A stretch of 64,000 nt of DNA from Longimicrobiales bacterium (GTDB lineage Bacteria > Gemmatimonadota > Gemmatimonadetes > Longimicrobiales > Gaopeijiaceae): NCBI GenBank assembly GCA_965202805.1, contig OZ241869.1, positions 2,240,001 through 2,304,000 of the forward strand, in the 5' to 3' direction. Shown here in pieces: positions 61,152 through 64,000 of this stretch (the stretch's first letter is position 1; each line of letters begins with the position of its first letter). The notes below the pieces were generated by a model, which searched no databases, was not told the DNA's origin, and saw only the letters and a list, made by a program, of their open reading frames with translations. A program made the position numbers and the translations under genes.

Positions 61152-62713
61152 ACGACCGTCCGTACCAGGTCCTGGGCGATGGCGTTCCCCGGATGCTCGG
61201 TCGCAAGCGCATCTTTCGCAAGCTTCTTGGGCATTTGCTCAAAAACACACCGGATCATGTATGCGTTGTGGGGCCAACGCTATTCGGTAAATCGGTTCTT
61301 CTGCATCACCTCAGTTCGCACTTGAAGAGCGAAGACGATCATTACCTCACCTCGGTATACTGGGATCTCCGACACGGAACGCCCAGAACGGACGCCGAGT
61401 TCAGGGAGCGTCTTGCACAACGAGTCAGAGTTGCGCTGAAACCGGTGCGTGCCGACCTCGCGGAGTACCTGGATCCCGAAGATGAAGATCCCTTCGAACT
61501 GCTCGATATCGCCTTCGAGGAAATGCAAGGTGAAGGCCTCCGCCTTCTCGCCGTGCTCGACGGATTCGATCATGTTCTTGGTGGCGGGACCATTACCAGG
61601 AATTTCTGGGACAGAATGCGCGTGCTCGCCCAGCGCGGAAGTCTTCGGCTCGTGACCGGGAGCCGAGGAAGACTCCGGGAGCTTTGCAAGAGCGAAGACT
61701 CCCGGACTTCGGACTTCTGGGAGATTTTCTTCGATACGCCGCTCCAGGTCGGTTGCTTCGAAGAAGACGACTGGGATGGTTTCCTGGAGCCGTTCGCATC
61801 GAACGGCGTTGACGTTGAGGAACCCGCACGAAAAGAGCTGGCGAACTGGACCGGAGGCGTCCCGATTCTCGCCGCTTCATTGGCACAAAGGTTAATGGAG
61901 GACAGTGCGGTCACCGACTTGGTGACAAAGCCTTTCGTAGACCGAGTAGCGGGTGCGATGGCCAATGACGCTCCCGAGTCCATCCGCCAACTGTGGGATG
62001 ATTGCCCAGTCGAAGTACAGTCCCTGTTGACGGATCTTGGCAGCGGAGAGATTCCGGTCGGCGAGGTGCCGCCTGATCGTATTCGCTTCCTCAAGAGCCG
62101 GGGCTTCGTTGAGACTTCAGGCGGAAAGCTGCGATCTGCCTGCCGGCTGATGAAGGAATTTGCCCGTCAGCGCCAAAGTGAAGTCACAACCCTTCGACGC
62201 CTATTCGGCGACGAGGATCGGTTTGAAGCAAACCTTCGAGGGTTGCTCGAACTTCGTTTGGAGGGCATCAAGAATCGAGTGGATCCGACATTGGCTGGCT
62301 ACGCACTGAAGGCGATCCGGGAACTACCCGAACCTGATCATGCGATCGTGTGGATGCGAAGCTTCTCCGAGACAGCACTTGACCTGATCTGGAATGCAGA
62401 GCTCGAGCGTGACGACTCACTGCCAGAGGCCTGGGAGACCAGTGGGATTGAATTCGACGAGCACGATCAACTGCCCGTGAGTCGCGGCAAGCAGTGTGGA
62501 ATCCTCCGCAAGGCGACCGGCTCGGCGAACACCCCCCGGGTTACCAGATTTCTGACGAAGCCAGCGTTCCTGTTGCTGGACCATCTGCACGCCGTTGGGG
62601 ACTTCGGACAGCACAGGGAAGGAGCAACGATATCCGTGCCAACAGCCGCCGCCTTTTGTCTGTCGGCGATCGAGCTTTGCGAGAGGCTGGCTTGCGATCT
62701 GCCGAGGAGGTAA
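61148..62713 (+). CDS. Second STAND-like P-loop ATPase with C-terminal HEPN/DUF4145-like helical domain
   Basis: PY...MLGRK, Walker A GPTLFGKS, Walker B LAVLDGFD, WTGGVP; C-terminal MRSFSETAL...LHAVGDFGQH; ATGA-coupled to the upstream gene. Confidence 0.75.
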   Translation: MNDRPYQVLGDGVPRMLGRKRIFRKLLGHLLKNTPDHVCVVGPTLFGKSVLLHHLSSHLKSEDDHYLTSVYWDLRHGTPRTDAEFRERLAQRVRVALKPVRADLAEYLDPEDEDPFELLDIAFEEMQGEGLRLLAVLDGFDHVLGGGTITRNFWDRMRVLAQRGSLRLVTGSRGRLRELCKSEDSRTSDFWEIFFDTPLQVGCFEEDDWDGFLEPFASNGVDVEEPARKELANWTGGVPILAASLAQRLMEDSAVTDLVTKPFVDRVAGAMANDAPESIRQLWDDCPVEVQSLLTDLGSGEIPVGEVPPDRIRFLKSRGFVETSGGKLRSACRLMKEFARQRQSEVTTLRRLFGDEDRFEANLRGLLELRLEGIKNRVDPTLAGYALKAIRELPEPDHAIVWMRSFSETALDLIWNAELERDDSLPEAWETSGIEFDEHDQLPVSRGKQCGILRKATGSANTPRVTRFLTKPAFLLLDHLHAVGDFGQHREGATISVPTAAAFCLSAIELCERLACDLPRR

Positions 62714-62792
62714 GGTGTCGGCAGCGCTCCGTACGATCTTGCCGTCAGCCCGCGCAACCTCAGCCCCCCGGACGCGATGGGGAGCCGGAGGT

Positions 62793-63248
62793 TCAGGCCA
62801 GCAGCGCCTCTCCCCTCCGGAGCGGATCCCGGATGCGCAGTTCCGGGAAGAGCATGAAGTCCCGGTCCCGGGACAGGAGAACCTCGACCCCGTGCGCGAC
62901 GCAGATCGCGGCGACCCGCGCGTCGTGCACCACGCCCCCGTGCACGCGCGGGCGCCGGATGAAGGGTCTCAGCGTGGCGGGAAAGTCGTCGGTTTCGCCG
63001 ATCAGGCGATTCGATGGCGACGCGGCCCATGCTTCCAACTGTCGCCACGCCCGGTCCGAGGTGCTCGCCTCCTCCTTCCGTATTCGGCGGTTGGTGACCA
63101 CGCTCAGGAACTCGAAGCAGCAGGGCCAGGGGATGGCCCACGGGTGGCGCCCCTCCGCCAGCCTTCGCATGATCTCCCGAGCGGTCGCGTGCACCCGCGA
63201 TTCCCGGCGGTGCGCTTAGACCAGCACGCTGGTGTCTACGGCGATCAC
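62793..63248 (-). pseudogene. vapC: VapC PIN-domain toxin with a nonsense codon at position 11
   Basis: Minus strand reads VIAVDTSVLV*AHRRES...EFLSVVT...VHDARVAA...SRDRDF; TAA at 63216-63218 where the family pattern DTxxLVYAH has Tyr. Confidence 0.85.
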
Positions 63249-63434
63249 CGGCGTCGACGGGCCGGCGCCGATGATGACGGCCTGTCCCGGTCGTCGTAGA
63301 TGATGTCGCGCAGGTCCTGCCACGAGTAGTCTTCGAGCGGATCGCGAGCACCCGCGCGGCCGACGCTCAGATCGGGAAGCTCGTAGCGAGGAGGAGGTCT
63401 TGATGCGGCAAGCGCGAGGCGGAGGCCTGCCCAT
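63245..63434 (-). pseudogene. vapB: VapB-like antitoxin remnant lacking the N-terminal DNA-binding domain
   Basis: AGLRLALA...YELPDLSVG...SWQDLRDIIY ends in a GTGA overlap with vapC; the ATG at 63434 is out of frame with this remnant. Confidence 0.65.
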
Positions 63435-63459
63435 ATCCTATAATATGGGCAACCCATAT
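63428..63459. promoter_or_regulatory. Three alternating CCCATAT boxes (TA operator/promoter)
   Basis: TGCCCATAT-N6-ATATGGGCA (63428-63451) and ATATGGG-CAA-CCCATAT (63443-63459); TATTAT -10-like box on the minus strand. Confidence 0.7.
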
Positions 63460-63484
63460 CCCGGTAATCCAAGGAGTTGACGCC

Positions 63485-64000
63485 GTGCCAAATGGAGGTT
63501 CGGACTGCTGCGGCACCTGTTGGTTCAACCGCGCAAACGGAGGGAGGATGGGAAGCTCCCGTCATGACGATTCCATCCCGAGCCATTGCGAGATCAGGGA
63601 TCTGGCGATCGAGGATCCCTTTTATACCTACTGCTCGAATCATCCGTACCGGATGCAACGGCGGGTCCCGGTGCCCCTGGGCCCGGTGTACGTCCATGTC
63701 GATGAGTCGTTCGAGCGCGACGGAGAGACCTACTACACGCACGGGCGCGAGATCTGGGTGCATGCGCCCGACACCGACGAGGTTCGCAGCCAACTCCTTC
63801 GACTCCTGGAGGAGCCCGGCAGCGCGTCCGATCACTACCCGTTCTACGGTGACGACCTGTTGGGAGTCGTCGTTGACGAACTCGAGAGACTCCGCGAGCC
63901 GCGTGCCGTCTCCATCCTGGAGCGCGTTGCGGAAGAGGTCCGGGGGCACGAGGAGGCCTCCGAAGGCGTTCGGGACGCGCTCGCGAGGATTCGCAAGGCG
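63485..64000 (+). CDS. Cys/His-rich N-terminal domain protein with helical (HEAT-like) region; partial, runs off window
   Basis: AAGGAG RBS at 63471 and GTG at 63485; open to 64000: MPNGGSDCCGTCWFN...HCEIR...PFYTYCSNHP...LERLREPRAVSILER. Not in the ORF track. Confidence 0.75.
   Translation, partial: MPNGGSDCCGTCWFNRANGGRMGSSRHDDSIPSHCEIRDLAIEDPFYTYCSNHPYRMQRRVPVPLGPVYVHVDESFERDGETYYTHGREIWVHAPDTDEVRSQLLRLLEEPGSASDHYPFYGDDLLGVVVDELERLREPRAVSILERVAEEVRGHEEASEGVRDALARIRKA

Larger units (their letters stand above)
55700..64000. other. Accessory (probable defence) island starting right after glnS; right end not seen
   Basis: Visible rise in A/T-ending codons at about 57300-62700 relative to housekeeping genes; defence-type domains and a TA module; no integrase or att site visible. 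Confidence 0.7.

Noticed and set aside
63245..63949. 234-aa minus-strand ORF as a single gene
   Set aside because: Only its last ~60 codons resemble an antitoxin; the rest is antisense to the RBS-supported + strand gene at 63485.

Overview
High-GC bacterial chromosome segment. Gene content and order suggest Gemmatimonadota (inference only). Positions 1-55625 are mostly housekeeping genes, nearly all on the + strand and often translationally coupled: ECF sigma/anti-sigma, holA, mutS, cystathionine beta-synthase, ddl, EF-G2, yebC-ruvCAB-queA-tgt-yajC-def-fmt, thiE/tenI-thiS-thiG, rsmB, tsaD, lgt, tamAB-like, uvrA, pspA, rho, mlaEFD, FNR/trxB, tdh-kbl and glnS. Directly after glnS the codon usage shifts and an accessory island begins (about 55700-64000); this is the most interesting part. 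It encodes an RtcR-like CARF/sigma-54 activator with a -24/-12 promoter overlapping its own stop codon. Next is a 1274-aa fusion of an apparently catalytically dead HsdM-like methyltransferase, an HsdS-like TRD, an Ig-like domain and a STAND-type ATPase. That gene is coupled to a second STAND-like ATPase ending in a HEPN/DUF4145-like domain. No HsdR is in the window. The island is a candidate uncharacterised, inducible anti-phage system. A decayed vapBC module and a partial Cys-rich gene follow. Smaller observations include a -1 frameshift at the queA 3' end, 10-bp-phased ACCAGTA repeats before thiG, a C-rich rho leader, a GroES-like orphan and a cytochrome c/copper monooxygenase-like protein. 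No rRNA, tRNA or CRISPR array was seen.
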